A stretch of DNA of 64,000 nucleotides from Octopus bimaculoides (Eukaryota): assembly GCF_001194135.2 (NCBI RefSeq), contig NC_069001.1, positions 37,709,802-37,773,801 on the forward strand. The letters are read 5' to 3'. The notes beneath the pieces are model-generated. The model was given only the letters and a program-made list of their open reading frames with translations, ran no database searches and was not told where the DNA came from. This document shows positions 10,817-23,714 of this stretch, in pieces. How positions within the stretch are numbered: position 1 is the stretch's first letter; every line of letters starts with the position of its first letter. A program made the position numbers and the translations under genes.

Positions 10817-11374
10817 ATCTCATATGAAAACAGTTCCTTTCACTTTACTTGTTCAGCACAATGTACATCACCGATTGGCAGTGAAGAGAATATCAATAAA
10901 GATTATGAATGGTTGAAATATAGATTTTTAATCTTTACACAGACACAGAAAATGGCAGTGAATACTAACAAAAATTTGATTTATTTAAAAATAAAAAAAA
11001 AATATAATTTATTAAAGATTTAAAAAGTAAAAATGGCAAAAAGCCTAGTCTCTGATTCTTCAAAATGTCCCTATGTAAAATTTCAGCCATCTAAGTATGA
11101 AACTGTAGCCAACAGCTTGAAACACATAGATTGATTTTTTTTTTTTTTTTTTGCAGGTCACCATAGGACAGAGTGTTAGGTTGTTTGCACTCATGATCAT
11201 GAGATCATGGTTTCAACTCCTGAACCAGGAGGAGGTGCAGTGACTTCTTCAACAAAACACTTCATCACATGTTCCCCTCCCATCACTTCAACACCTCATG
11301 TGTGGTATACCATATACTTGTTCAGGCAACATTGATTTGATGGAAGGAGTGAACTAGTGTACAGCAAATACATT

Positions 11375-11465
11375 TGTGTGCAGCCTCCTGGCTTACCAGT
11401 TCTCAGTCAAACCATCCAACCCATGCCAGCATGGAAAGCAGATATTAAATGATGATGATGATTGC
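11375..11465 (+). mobile_element. RTE-type LINE 3' end with (GAT)n tail; further copies at ~7345, 16570-16752, 17585-17640(-), 17780-17830(-), 23620-23710, 29565-29665, 46630-46845
   Basis: gtcaaaccatccaacccatgccagcatggaaagc...ttaaatgatgatga. Longer copies continue upstream into an RTE ORF2 C-terminus. Confidence 0.65.
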
Positions 11466-11655
11466 AGAAACGTCTTCCTCAGACTATAACAGACCATTAA
11501 TTAATCATCATCTTACCTCTTCACCAATGTAGATATAACAATGATTATATAAAATACAGTGGTAGGATGTTATCACACTGTTAAGTCCTCTCTATTGCTA
11601 TGAAGTATAATAAATTAGGTGGGGGGGGGTTTCCGCCGCATACAATGGATTAGAT

Positions 11656-11884
11656 CAGTGGTTCTCACCTGGGGTCCATATGAAATTTTATTGCTGAAAT
11701 TTATGTGCAATAAAATTGGTTACATTTCTACACAAAATCTTTTAATTTTTTTTACACAATTCCTAATAATATTTAATTATAAAAATGTTACAGGATTGTT
11801 TAAACACGAAATGGCGATGAGGGTCCACCCAGGTAAAACAGGAATCCAAGGGATCTACAGGTGAAAAAGGGTTGGGAAATACTA
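11656..11884. mobile_element. hAT-Charlie-like MITE
   Basis: Starts cagtggttctcacctggggtcc and ends aaagggttgggaaatact, with an imperfect 8-bp NNTAGANN TSD. Confidence 0.55.
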
Positions 11885-12116
11885 ATTAGACAGATGCAGT
11901 AATTACATCACAAGAACACACACTATTTAATCTTTGTTCAAATTAATGTTTTTTCCTCTTGCTCATTCTGTACCTTTAGTAATTTTACGAATTTTTGTAA
12001 GGCATCAATTTTCATAGAATTACTAAATTTACAAAGACAGAAAATCCAAATTGAATGACAAAACTTAACAACCTGTTGGATTGTATTTACTTACTGAAAC
12101 CCAAACTGTGACACAG

Positions 12117-13640
12117 TCATTGTTGTGTGTGAGCAGCTACATGTTTGGTTAAGGAACCTTTTTGTGAGAAGGATTTACCACAAATATTGCACCGATGTGG
12201 CTTCTCTCCTGTATGAATAAATTTATGTTTAGTTAAAGTATCATTTCTTGAGAATGATTTACCACATATATCACAGGAATATGGCTTTTCCCCAGTGTGA
12301 ACGCGTTTATGAGTGGTTAACTGACTACTCACAGTGAACGCTCTGCCACACACAACACAGCAATATGGCTTCTCTCCTGTATGAATACGTTTGTGTTTAG
12401 AGAAGGCACTATTTCCAGAGAATGATTTACCACAAATATCACAGGTATATGGCTTCTCTCCTGTATGAATGCGTTTGTGAGTGGTTAGTTGGCTACTAAC
12501 AGAAAATGATTTACCACAGATATCACAGTGATATGGTTTCTCTCCTGTATGAACACGTTTGTGAGAAATTAATTCACCACTCTGACAAAATGATTTACCA
12601 CACACATCACAGTGATATGGTTTCTCTCCTGTATGAGTACGTTTATGAGTTGTTAAGTCGCCAATTCCAGAAAATAATTTACTACAGATATCACAGTGAT
12701 ATGGCTTTTCTCCTGTATGAATACGTTTATGCTTAGTGAGGTCACCGTTCTGAGAGAATGATTTATTACAGATATCACAGTGATATGGCTTCTCTCCTGT
12801 ATGAATGCGTTTATGTTTAGTTAAGTCTCCTTGTTGAGAGAATGATTTACCACAGACATCACAGTGATAAGGTTTCTCTCCTGTATGAACACGTTTGTGA
12901 TTGGTTAATTGACAATTTACAGAAAATGATTTACCACAGATATCACAACGATATGGCTTCTCTCCAGTATGAATACGTTTGTGAATGGTTATATCACCAC
13001 TCCCAGAGAACGACTTTCCACAGATATCACAGTGATATGGCTTCTCACCTGTATGAATACGTTTATGTTTAGTTAAAGCACCACTTCTAGAGAATGATTT
13101 ACCACAGATATCACAGTGATATGGCTTCTCACCTGTATGAACAGATCTATGTTTAGTTAAATAACTAAGTACTGAGAATGATTTGCCACAGATATTACAG
13201 CAATGTGATTTCTTTCCTGTGTGAATGAGTTTGTGAGTAGATAATTGACTACTTCCAGAGAATGATTTACCACAGGCATCACAGTGATATGGCTTTTCAC
13301 CTGTATGAATACGCAGGTGTAAATTTAAGGCACTCTTTTCAGAGAATGATTTGCCACAGATATCACAGTGATATGGTTTCTCTCCAGTATGAATACGTTT
13401 ATGAGAAATTAAATAACTACTTCTATAAAATGATTTACCACAAATGTCACAGCGATATGGTTCTTCTCCCGTATGAAGACGTTGGTGAGTTGTTAAGTTA
13501 CCTTTTTGAGCAAATGTCTTCTTACAGATGTCACACTGGTACAATGCTTTCCCTCGCTCTTTCTTTTTATTATTAGGGAAACCAATCCTGTTAGATTGTT
13601 TTTCGCAATTAGCCTTGTTCCCGTGTATTTCACCTTCCAT
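12117..13640 (-). CDS. C2H2 zinc-finger protein, 17 fingers
   Basis: ORF of 507 aa; acceptor at 13947. Confidence 0.95.
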   Translation of the reverse strand: MEGEIHGNKANCEKQSNRIGFPNNKKKERGKALYQCDICKKTFAQKGNLTTHQRLHTGEEPYRCDICGKSFYRSSYLISHKRIHTGEKPYHCDICGKSFSEKSALNLHLRIHTGEKPYHCDACGKSFSGSSQLSTHKLIHTGKKSHCCNICGKSFSVLSYLTKHRSVHTGEKPYHCDICGKSFSRSGALTKHKRIHTGEKPYHCDICGKSFSGSGDITIHKRIHTGEKPYRCDICGKSFSVNCQLTNHKRVHTGEKPYHCDVCGKSFSQQGDLTKHKRIHTGEKPYHCDICNKSFSQNGDLTKHKRIHTGEKPYHCDICSKLFSGIGDLTTHKRTHTGEKPYHCDVCGKSFCQSGELISHKRVHTGEKPYHCDICGKSFSVSSQLTTHKRIHTGEKPYTCDICGKSFSGNSAFSKHKRIHTGEKPYCCVVCGRAFTVSSQLTTHKRVHTGEKPYSCDICGKSFSRNDTLTKHKFIHTGEKPHRCNICGKSFSQKGSLTKHVAAHTQQ

Positions 13641-14489
13641 AATTTTTCATCTTTCACCACAATATAGCGATGAATTTCTTTCTTTTTCTTAGTTATAATC
13701 TCTTTTTCCAAACAAATATTTCTATGTTTCCATAAACTGTGAGTTTCTTTGAGATTTGAAAATGCTGCAAACTCCTTTGCAACTGACATTTAATTCCAAA
13801 CAGTGAATCAGAGAAATTTTGCATAGATTTAAACAAACAGATTTATATCTCTTCTGTGTAACATCTTCCTTCAGTCTTGAACAAATGATTAATATTGATG
13901 TGTTTCAAGTTAAAAATTTCCCTCTTTGTCAAGGTCATCAGATATTCTGAAATAAAAGAGAAACAGTCTAAAATATCAACCATAGTAAAAAATAAATGAA
14001 TAAATTTGAAACCCTAAAAATTAAACAACTTGCACATACACACAGTCTATTATCGATTCTGGATCAAAGGACATCATGTAATCAGTCAGAACTCCTTTAG
14101 TTTTTGGCATTTTTAGAAAATTTTTGTGAATTTGTGTTCTACAAACTCTATCTAGTACACCTTAACTTTTATTGATGACACTGGCATTGGAAAGCTTGCA
14201 ATGGACATTGCAAGTGCATCCAGGTAAGTGTGTAACAAGACATTTACTAACAGAAAACTATGCTCTTAAAATAAATCTTTTACATACCTTTTTTAAATCA
14301 CTGTGGATAAATCGCAGCAATGACCTCAAACTTTCCAACACCTGTGTTATCAATACGGATTAAGTCTAATCCGTAGGGATTTATGTGGGGTGGACAATGA
14401 AAAGATTTCAATCATAAAAAATCTTTTTTGCATAATCGTAGGAGATAGAGTTTGCAAAAATTTTCAGAAAAAAACCAATATCTTAAAGC

Positions 14490-14700
14490 ATTATGACCAG
14501 TTACATGGTGTGCTTCGATCTAGAATCGGTAATAGACATTCAACCATTCATCGACACCTGCATGCCATTGGAAAAAGTCAGCAAATTGGGTCGATGGGTT
14601 CCTCACAAACTTCCCGAGTTTAATCACGTGCAGAGTGTGAATGTGTGCTCTTCTTTGCTCTCACGTCTCATGAATTTACCTTTTTGGGATTGATTATCGA
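14490..14700 (+). mobile_element. Mariner transposase remnant
   Basis: HSTIHRHLHAIGK / VSKLGRWVPHKL (WVPHEL motif) across a frameshift. Confidence 0.85.
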
Positions 14701-15300
14701 TCTCTAACTAGCAATATCAAAATCACTTTAAATTACCGATGTCGAGCAAAACTTGTCACGTTTATATTTTAGAAATAAAGGTAAAAGCTGGCTAAACAAT
14801 GTATTCAACTGACTTTAAGAAATACAAACTTTCTCTTTGAGTTGGGGTTAAGATATGGGGGAATAACGATAACTGAAATTGAGTGTGGAAAGGAAAACAG
14901 GGGAAGTATTAAGACAACAATAAGTACTGTCAGCTAAAGCAAATTTTTCAGCTCACTATATTTACATGCAACATCCAAGCGTATGGGATCAACATCGTTA
15001 CTTTAGTAAAATCTCTTCTTTTAACTGAAAACACCAAAACAAACAGATGTAGTAGAAAAATGACACGACCGATATATAATGTAAGACGTAGTTTCTATTA
15101 AGAATACTTACATATTAATATAGAGCCAGTGACGAAGATTTCACATGTCAGATTGAACAATGACAGCTTCAATACGTCTACATTTACATCAATCGACAGC
15201 ATAGTATTCACTCTAGGACATCGAAATGCGGCATTCGTGATGAAAGCAACAATAATGGGGGATGTATAAAAATAGACTCGGCAATCTTGAACTACCGAAA
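14695..15300 (-). promoter_or_regulatory. Conserved module, copy b (donor GT 15111; serves the 12117 gene)
   Basis: Reverse complement of the module: aatacttacatattaatatagagccagtgacgaagat. Confidence 0.7.
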
Positions 15301-16189
15301 CGAATTAGTAAACACTACCCAGATGGTTATTATTGTCATAGATTATAATATTCTTCAACGTTATTGTTTATTTAACTTATGGCACTGTTTCACCAATGAA
15401 AGAAAAAGAAAATGAAACAGAAAATGAGTTAAAAAAAAGAAAAGAAACTAAAAATACGTTTAGCCTTCCAGAGAAAACAGTAAATGCTTATTTTCGTTTC
15501 CGTTAATCGTAATAAATGTAACCTCTTTTATAATGTGTGCATTGACGTAAACAAAAATATCTGAAAGTTTAGGGAAATAAATTTATGAACTGTTTTATTT
15601 GTATATATTAGAAAGGTTTTATTTATTACTATGCTGCCTAAATAATTGCATGATGCTACCGAGAAATGAAATCAAGTCTGCAATAACATTTTCGCTTCGC
15701 TCTTTCAGGATAACATTTTTGTATATCTCCTGCTTCATTTTGTTTTCAGTCCCGCGCCATAAGCGGGAGATTATATAACTTACTAAAGTTAAATGGTTAA
15801 TAAAACATACTTTTTTTTTTTACAAAAAAGAAACAAATGAACAGTAACAGATATCTAAGTTTTGCAACTGTTTGCAAGCCAGTCCCTCTATTCAGACTAC
15901 AGTATGCTTGGTATCAGAGGAGCCAGTAGGCTGAAGACCATCAGGTTGGTTGTGGAGACAACATGAGTTGCATCAAAGTGGCTGTGGATTAGGAGATGCG
16001 AACCCTGAAAGGGCTAGTGTTAACTGGACACAAGCTGGGTGAAGCTCCAGTGGGTCACCTGGATGAGGGTGTCTGATGTTGAAAGACTCAAAATGCTTAA
16101 TGACTCCAAGAAATATCAGTGATGATGTGTCCAGGTGCATCAAGGATGATTTATGGAAAAACCTATATATATTTTACAGATAAGAGAGT

Positions 16190-16345
16190 AATTTCGAATA
16201 CAGCACAGCCGTGGAAGAGCGTAGGCTCGAAACGTTAAAGACTTTTTTACTTCCCAAGCGTTAAACTAATACAGCTGTTTGTTTTCTACACCATCTGTCT
16301 TCGTTTTTTGTTTTTTTGTGAATTCTCCCTATATATATATATATA
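16190..16345 (+). mobile_element. Penelope-like terminal repeat fragment
   Basis: gagcgtaggctcgaaacgttaaagact...gaattctccc(ta)n, a typical ccgaaacg-type terminus. Confidence 0.35.
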
Positions 16346-17955
16346 TATATCATCATATTTACATTTTCATGACTTTCTTCTCTGAAACCTTGACTTTACC
16401 AGTTTGTAGCTTCTATACAGAGCAATACTCTCTCACTTTCTCTTTTTTTTTTCTAATTGGAGTAGCCATGGATCTCCGCCCCAGCAGAATCCCTGTCTCT
16501 TTAACCGCTTGTCTCTTGGCACAAAGCCACCTCTCATCCATTCTACTTCCATCTCACTTGAAGCATCTTGTCTTGCAAGTTGCTTGATGACCTCACCAGT
16601 GCTGGTGCCATGTAAAAAGCACCCAGTTCACTATGTAAAATGATTGGCATTAGGAAGGGTATCCAGCTGTAGAAACCATGCCAAAGCAGAGAGCAGAGCT
16701 TGGCACAATCCTCTGATTCATCAGCTCCTGTCAAACTGTCCAACCCATGGCAGTTCAGTCGTGGTTTCTTTTACCACTATACCTAGTGTGAAGTTGCCAC
16801 AACTAAACATTAACACTGTTACATTTCTATAGAATAACGAAAGAGCCTTTCATAAACTTCACAAGTAATTTGATGCAATTCAAAACAAGTAGGTAACAAT
16901 TTATTCTCCGTTATAAAATACAATGATTGCCATACATGAAATAAAATAACATAACAGGACACAACAAAGATGTGTGAGAGAACTCTGTGGTTGGGCTGGA
17001 CTGATCTGGTAGACGAAGTCAATGTACTGTTTGGTGGTATGTTTGTCGTGTAATTTTCATACAGTAACAATGTAAGCAGGTGTTTGGTGGGGTGAAAGCG
17101 GAGACTGGCAGGTGTCAGATACACTGTTGCTGGAGATGAGCTGCATGTGGTCAGTGGCACATGCCAATGACCTAGAGCAGTTGAAAACTGTCTTTTTTAT
17201 AGAGATCAGTAGGCTCCCAGAGTTGGTGATTAATTTCCTGCGTAAGGAAAAATAAACTGTTGTGCCAACACAATTGAATGGCTTGAAACCGACCAATACA
17301 AACAACAGGTTCATGTGACCTGCTGAAACGAAAAGGGCTCTGGAGCCAGCATTTGGGTATTTAAGCTTAACGATCTTTCACCTAATGGTTAAACATTTGA
17401 AACTAATTGAATCATTATGCTGAGATATTCCTGTAATGTTGCCCTAAGTTCAGAGTCTGATAAAAAAAAAAAAAAAGAGGCAGGTTACAGTTGGAATGTC
17501 TCGAACAACAGGTCTGCTGCATGAGAACTGTCCTAGAGTCAAAAAACAACAAAGGATATTATACATAATATAGTCCTCCTCCTCCTCATCTTCATCATTT
17601 AACATCTGTCTTCCATGCTGGCATGGGTTGGACGATTTGAAAGGAATTATGTCAATAAGAGACATTTGTTATTCATCTATTCATGCTGAGAAAGTATCAA
17701 TATTGATATTTTCCAATATGCTAGTCGTATATTGATAAAAATCACTAAATTATAACAGAATAAATAATGACCATCTCGCTATCATCGTGTAACGTCCGTT
17801 TTTTTTCATGCTGGCATGGGTTGGACGTTACAATTATAACAACAAGGAACTAATTAATTTGAATACAATTTTAATTGTACACATGTGTAATTGTATTTAC
17901 GAGGTGAATTTTAAAATTGATACAGTTCAGCCTGAATAATTAAATATTTAGTCAA

Positions 17956-18464
17956 CTCATTAACTGCCAAATATTTTTATTCATATTTTTTGGCTCTGCC
18001 AAGTGTCTTAAGAGTTAAAATAATATATAGTATTTAAATTTTCCTCATATGTGAATTATTTTGGAAATTATGATAAATTTTTCTTAACGTCCCAAAGGGG
18101 GATCGCTGAAAAAAAGAATATTTATTCTTCTCTATTCAATTGCAATAATAAATATTTAAGTTTTTTGGAAACTATAATATCAAATGCGAATGTGTATGAA
18201 ATATCAATGAATGATATAAATGGGAAATGCAAAAATAAAAAAAAACTCTTCAAAACAGTCGATATTTTTGTAGTTCAGAAATTGTGATTTTATGACATAA
18301 AATGTCCTCTCGAATTATCCAGAGCTAATAATGACAAACTACTAAATATTGTTGAACACACCTCTGCAAATGGACAGAAGCATTTCACTTGAAATACAAC
18401 GAACAACCAGCAGTGAGACTCTTTTTAGCAGGTCCCCAAATGGGGCTCATGGGAAGGCAAGGGG
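17956..18464. mobile_element. 509-bp insertion with 4-bp TTGA TSD (piggyBac-like non-autonomous element)
   Basis: tcaa at 17952-55 and 18465-68. The empty site gcTTAActaaata is present in the paralog at ~7205. Confidence 0.55.
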
Positions 18465-18575
18465 TCAAGTAACTTTTTTCAGATACTGATTTATAATAGA
18501 CATCACAGTTCCCTACTACAAGAATATGTTTGTGTGTCCTGGACAGAGAAGTCTGAAAGAATGATTTATCAGATT

Positions 18576-19775
18576 TCACAGGGATGTAGATTCTCTCTTG
18601 TAATGAATACGTTTGTGAGTGGTTAGGTTACATTTCTGAGTGAACGACTTGTGACAGACATCACACTGGTATCGTTTATCTCCTGTATGAATACGTTTGT
18701 GTATGTTTAAGGAACTTTTTTCAGAGAATGACTTACCACAGATATCACAGTGGTGTGGCTTCTCTCCTGTATGTGTAACTTTATGTTTAGTTAAGCTACC
18801 ACTTAGAGAGAATGATTTACCACAAACTTCACAACTATATGGCTTCTCTCCAGTATGAATACGCTTGTGTGTAACTAATTGGCTATTTCCAGAGAATGCC
18901 TTCCCACAGATATCACAGTGATATGGCATTTCTCCTGTGTGAATACGTTTGTGTATATTTAAGGTGCCCTTTCCAGAGAATGATTTACCACAAACATCAC
19001 AGTGATATGGTTTCTCTCCAGTATGAATACGTTTATGAGAAATTAAGTAACTATTTCTACAGAATGATTTACCACAGATATCACAAAGATATGGTTCTTC
19101 TCCTGAATGGATAAGTTTGTGTGTATCCAAGTTACCTTTTTGAGAGAAAGACTTTTTACAAATATCACACTGATATGGCTCTTCTCCTGTATGAATACGT
19201 TTGTGAGTAGTTAAGCTACTACTTACAGAGAAGGATTTACCACAGATATCACAATGATATGGTTCCTCTCCTGTATGAATACGTCTATGAGTAGTTAAGC
19301 TACCACTAACAGAGAAGGATTTACCACAGATATCACAATGATATGGTTCTTCTCCAGTATGAATACGAATGTGAGTAGCTAAGCTACCTTTTTGAGAGAA
19401 AGATTTTTTGCATATATTACAGTTATATGCTTTCTCTCCTGCATGAATACGTCTGTGAGTTGTTAAGTTACTATTTACAGTGAATGATTTACCACAGATT
19501 TCACAGTGATATGGCTTCTCTCCTGTATGAATTCGTTTGTGTAAGTTTAAGCCACCCTTTTCAGAAAATGATTTACCACAGATATCACAGTGATATGGTT
19601 TCTCGCCTGTATGGATGCGTCTGTGAACAGTTAAGTTACATTTTTGAGAAAATGACTTGTTACAGATATCACAGTGATATATTTTTCCTTTCTCTTGTTT
19701 TTCCTCAGCAGAAAAATCAAGTCTCTTAAACTGTGGTTCACATTCAAACTTGTTCTCACGTAGTTCATCTTCCAT
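18576..19775 (-). CDS. C2H2 zinc-finger protein, 13 fingers
   Basis: ORF of 399 aa; acceptor at 20124. Confidence 0.95.
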   Translation of the reverse strand: MEDELRENKFECEPQFKRLDFSAEEKQEKGKIYHCDICNKSFSQKCNLTVHRRIHTGEKPYHCDICGKSFSEKGGLNLHKRIHTGEKPYHCEICGKSFTVNSNLTTHRRIHAGEKAYNCNICKKSFSQKGSLATHIRIHTGEEPYHCDICGKSFSVSGSLTTHRRIHTGEEPYHCDICGKSFSVSSSLTTHKRIHTGEEPYQCDICKKSFSQKGNLDTHKLIHSGEEPYLCDICGKSFCRNSYLISHKRIHTGEKPYHCDVCGKSFSGKGTLNIHKRIHTGEMPYHCDICGKAFSGNSQLVTHKRIHTGEKPYSCEVCGKSFSLSGSLTKHKVTHTGEKPHHCDICGKSFSEKSSLNIHKRIHTGDKRYQCDVCHKSFTQKCNLTTHKRIHYKRESTSL

Positions 19776-20136
19776 AATTTTACATCATTCACCACAATAT
19801 ACAAATGGTTTTTTTCTAGTTTTGCTTTTATATTTTATTCCTCGCAAATGTTTCTTCTGTTATGTTTCTGTCAATTGTGACCTCTGTTGATATTGGAATA
19901 TGCTGCAAACTGCTTTGCAATCCAAAGTTTAATTAAAACTTGAAATCATACTGTACACATTTCAGAGAACGAAGCAGGGAAATTTTGGAAACTTGTCTCT
20001 GTTCAGATCAAATATTTCACAGAAATTCTTGCATAGATTTATATAAACAAGTTTATGTCTCTTGTGTATAAGACTTTCCTTTAGTCTTTAAAACTTTCTA
20101 CTTTGCCAATGTCATCTGATATTCTGAAATAAAAAG

Positions 20137-20505
20137 NNNNNNNNNNNNNNNNNNNNNNNNNNNNNNNNNNNNNNNNNNNNNNNNNNNNNNNNNNNNNNNN
20201 NNNNNNNNNNNNNNNNNNNNNNNNNNNNNNNNNNNNNNNNNNNNNNNNNNNNNNNNNNNNNNNNNNNNNNNNNNNNNNNNNNNNNNNNNNNNNNNNNNNN
20301 NNNNNNNNNNNNNNNNNNNNNNNNNNNNNNNNNNNNNNNNNNNNNNNNNNNNNNNNNNNNNNNNNNNNNNNNNNNNNNNNNNNNNNNNNNNNNNNNNNNN
20401 NNNNNNNNNNNNNNNNNNNNNNNNNNNNNNNNNNNNNNNNNNNNNNNNNNNNNNNNNNNNNNNNNNNNNNNNNNNNNNNNNNNNNNNNNNNNNNNNNNNN
20501 NNNNN
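20137..20505. other. Assembly gap
   Basis: Run of N at the same relative position as gap 5304-5514. Confidence 1.
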
Positions 20506-20705
20506 GTAAGCAGCGATGTCTAACAACGTCTGGTTAATACAGTGAAATGTCCTAATAGATAAACGTGACTGCCTTTCCATAACTTCCTCTTTCATGTCAG
20601 ATACTTTATTTCTTCTTTGAAGACTTTATTTTGGTTTCCATTAATCAATGGCAGCCTGCAGACCAAGTATGGCGAGAGGATGTGTGGAGCACAATTATAT
20701 ACACA

Positions 20706-21080
20706 CACACATATATTTACAGAGGCAATGACAAATGACCGAGACCTTCAGCAATGCGCTGTGCTTGAGTAGAAGTGAAATCATAGTTGTGGCAGATACT
20801 GGTGTCATGCAACAGGTTTATGTGTCGGTGGCACATAAACGCACCCATTACGCTCTCGGAGTGGTTAGCATTAGGAAGAGTATCCAGCCGTATTAAGGAT
20901 GCCAAATGAGACTGGATTTTGATGCAGCCCCTCACGTTGCAAGCCCTGGTCAAATCGTCCAACCCATATCAGCTTGGACCGCGGACCTTAAATGATGACG
21001 ATAATGAGATATCATCATCATCATCATCATTTAACGTCCGTATTCCATGCTGGCAAGGGTTGGATGATTTGACAGGATCT
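20706..21080. mobile_element. RTE LINE 3' end (ORF2 C-terminus TEAMTNDRDL..AVLE) joined tail-to-tail with an inverted second tail
   Basis: Translation of 20717 onward, plus gatgacgataatgaga / tcatcatcatttaacgtcc. Confidence 0.65.
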
Positions 21081-21199
21081 GATGCCATGTACACAAGTAC
21101 AAGTTCAAGAGGTGACAAACGCCGGTCTTTAGTCCCTTCTTGTTTATGATGGTTCTATGTGCCATAAGAGAGGGATTTAAGACAGGCTGTCCATGGGAA

Positions 21200-21720
21200 C
21201 TCCAGTACACTGTTGACCAAATAACCTGAAACTCTCCTTATTTGTGTCACTGGACATGCAAAAATTATTGAAAATAAAACATTTCAGAAAAATAGGAAGA
21301 GATACGACATATTTTCCAGGAAATGGGAAATCTATAAAAACATATATTACATATGTGACAGCCTATCGTATGGGGATTAAGACAGCATCGTTACTTTAGG
21401 AAAATTTCTTCTCTTCACTTTCATTCCATTATCTTTGAACACATCCAAACAAACAGATGTAGTAGAAAAAGAACACGACATATACAATGTAGATGTTTCC
21501 GTTAATAATACTTACACGTTAATATAGATAGAGCCAATGACGAAGATGTCACGACTCAGACTGGACAACGACTGCTTGGACACACCTTCTATATTTTACA
21601 ACAATCGTCGGTGACCGTTTTCACTCTGGGACATCGAAGTGCGACATTTAAAATGAAACTACAATAGGCCATGTACAAAAATAGACCCGGCAATCCTCAA
21701 CTAGACGAAACGAATACATT
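21200..21720 (-). promoter_or_regulatory. Conserved module, copy c (donor GT 21515; serves the 18576 gene)
   Basis: aatacttacacgtt...gagccaatgacgaagatgtcacgactcagactggacaa. Confidence 0.72.
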
Positions 21721-22704
21721 AACGCTTGAGAGAAGCTTATTGTTATTACAGATTACTGCTTTCTCCTCTGAACACAATCGTTTATTTAAATTATGGAGAT
21801 ATTTCACCAATGAGAAAACTAAAGCCAAGAATGTTTTAAAAATAAATAAAGGCGTCTGTCTATCCAGAGAAAATGGAATTCTTATTTTCACTCCACCACA
21901 GTATTGTTTAGCTAAATTAACAAGGTAGAAGACATTTTACAAAAAAAAGGGGGGGGGATAAAAAGAATACACATGTAGAATTTATTTCAAAAGAAGTAGA
22001 AATATTATTCGAAATTTTACGGAAATTCATAAATTACATTCACACGTATTTTTGTTGATCTTACATAGTGAACCGAGGGTTTCCTTACTGTGAAAGGGGG
22101 AAATGCAAAAATGAACGTAGGTTACCCAACTGAAACGAAACGTTTATGGAAATGCTAAGAAGTGACTTATTAAATGTCATTTTTATAGATTTGCTTTTAT
22201 AATTGCGGTGTTATAATAAAAAAAGAATACATTGAAAGAAATACAGAAATACAAAAAAATCTCAAAAATGGGCTGAAAGAACAACACAGGGTGTATTAAT
22301 TAACATTTATGAAAAAATAGAAGTCAATATTTTTGAGCCTATGCTCTTGTATATACACACAACAGACACTGGCCCAATGTGCTATGCTGTGGTACTGAAC
22401 CTGTGACTGTGTAACTAGGAAGCAAACTTCTTACCACACAGCCATTGTTGCACACACGTATGTATGTATATATGTTTGTGTATGTGTGTATATATATATA
22501 AATGTACGTGTATTTTTTCAATGTGTACAAATAACATGAAAAAATAAATAAATAGTTACAAGAGTAGAAAGAAATTCACATAAGTACCAAGGATGTTACA
22601 GCCTACTTATAAAGGTAGAAATTCCAGGGTTTAGTGAAATGTTTTTAGATAACATGGATAAATAAAGAAATGGAGTTAAACGCTGGTGTTATTCAAATCT
22701 TTAT

Positions 22705-22870
22705 ACTTCCGACATATCTTTCGAAGAAAACATTGGTATTATTCCACAGAGAATAATACCAATGTGCTTTGTTTCTCTTTTTTTAACTAACGAGAAGATC
22801 ACATTGTTTTACATCAGTTTATTTCCTCTGGAATAATACCAATGTTTTCTTCGAAAGATATGTCGGAAGT
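22705..22870. mobile_element. MITE-like element with perfect 42-bp TIRs
   Basis: acttccgacatatctttcgaagaaaacattggtattattcca and its exact reverse complement. No clear TSD. Confidence 0.7.
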
Positions 22871-23269
22871 GAATGATACCTGTAATTCCAGATAATATAA
22901 TCTTGTTGCACACTGATCCTGCCTGATATTTATCATAAAGCTACGTCTGTGGAATACTCAACCGCTTTCATGTTCAAAGAAGAGCAGGCAACTCCACTGA
23001 TTTAAAAACTGGATCCTTGTCACCAAAAGACAGAAACCCCTAAGTATCACTTGGAGACAACAACAGAAGGCACACCGTAACATCATTAACCATTTAGCAA
23101 TTAAACTGGCCAAAATATTCCACCTGTTTTACGTCCAAACTGACCAGATCCAGACTCCCACACCTACTCCACAATATCATTCTGAAAACAAACAATGACA
23201 TCATTGAAATCTTTAAAGCTATGAGATGATGCATGATTAATTCAAAATAAATAAATAAGCATTACTTTT

Positions 23270-23570
23270 GATGGTTAGAGCAATCATGAGGCAGTGAGTT
23301 CGATTCCCAGACCAGATTGTGTGTTGTGTTCTTCAGCAAGACACTCTATTTCCTGTTGCTCCAGTTCACTCAGCTGTAGAAATGAGTTGCAATCTCACTG
23401 CTGCCAAGGTGTATCAGCCTTTACCTTTCCCTTGGATAACATTGGTGGCATGGAGAGTGGGAAGCTGGTATGCATGGGCAACTACTGGTCTTCCATAAAC
23501 AACCTTGCTAGGACTTGTGCCTCAGAGAACTTTCTAGGTGCAATCCCATGGTCATTCATGATTTATCCTT
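23270..23570 (+). mobile_element. CORE-type tRNA SINE; further copies at 35640-35955(-), 42105-42415(-), 43655-43935(+), 58130-58290(-)
   Basis: tRNA head (gagttcgattccc) followed by cttcagcaagacactctatttc...ctccagttcactcagctgtagaaatgag, a CORE-like domain. Confidence 0.68.
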
Positions 23571-23714
23571 TTCTTTTTTGATAGAATGTGAATGCTAAAG
23601 AGTTAATGGAACCCAAATTTTGGTGCAGCCTCCTGGCTTGCCAGTCCCCAGTCAAACTGTCCAACCCATGCCAGCATGGAAAACAGATGTTAAACAATGA
23701 TGATGATGATACTG

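Noticed and set aside
16205-16250. Second possible hammerhead (gagc-gtag-gctc-gaaacgtt)
   Set aside because: The core reads TGGAAGA rather than CTGANGA and no stem I partner is present; at best a relic.
5214-20595. ORFs MKEEVMERQSRL..XXXX and 10359-10823
   Set aside because: They are open only because they run through N gaps.
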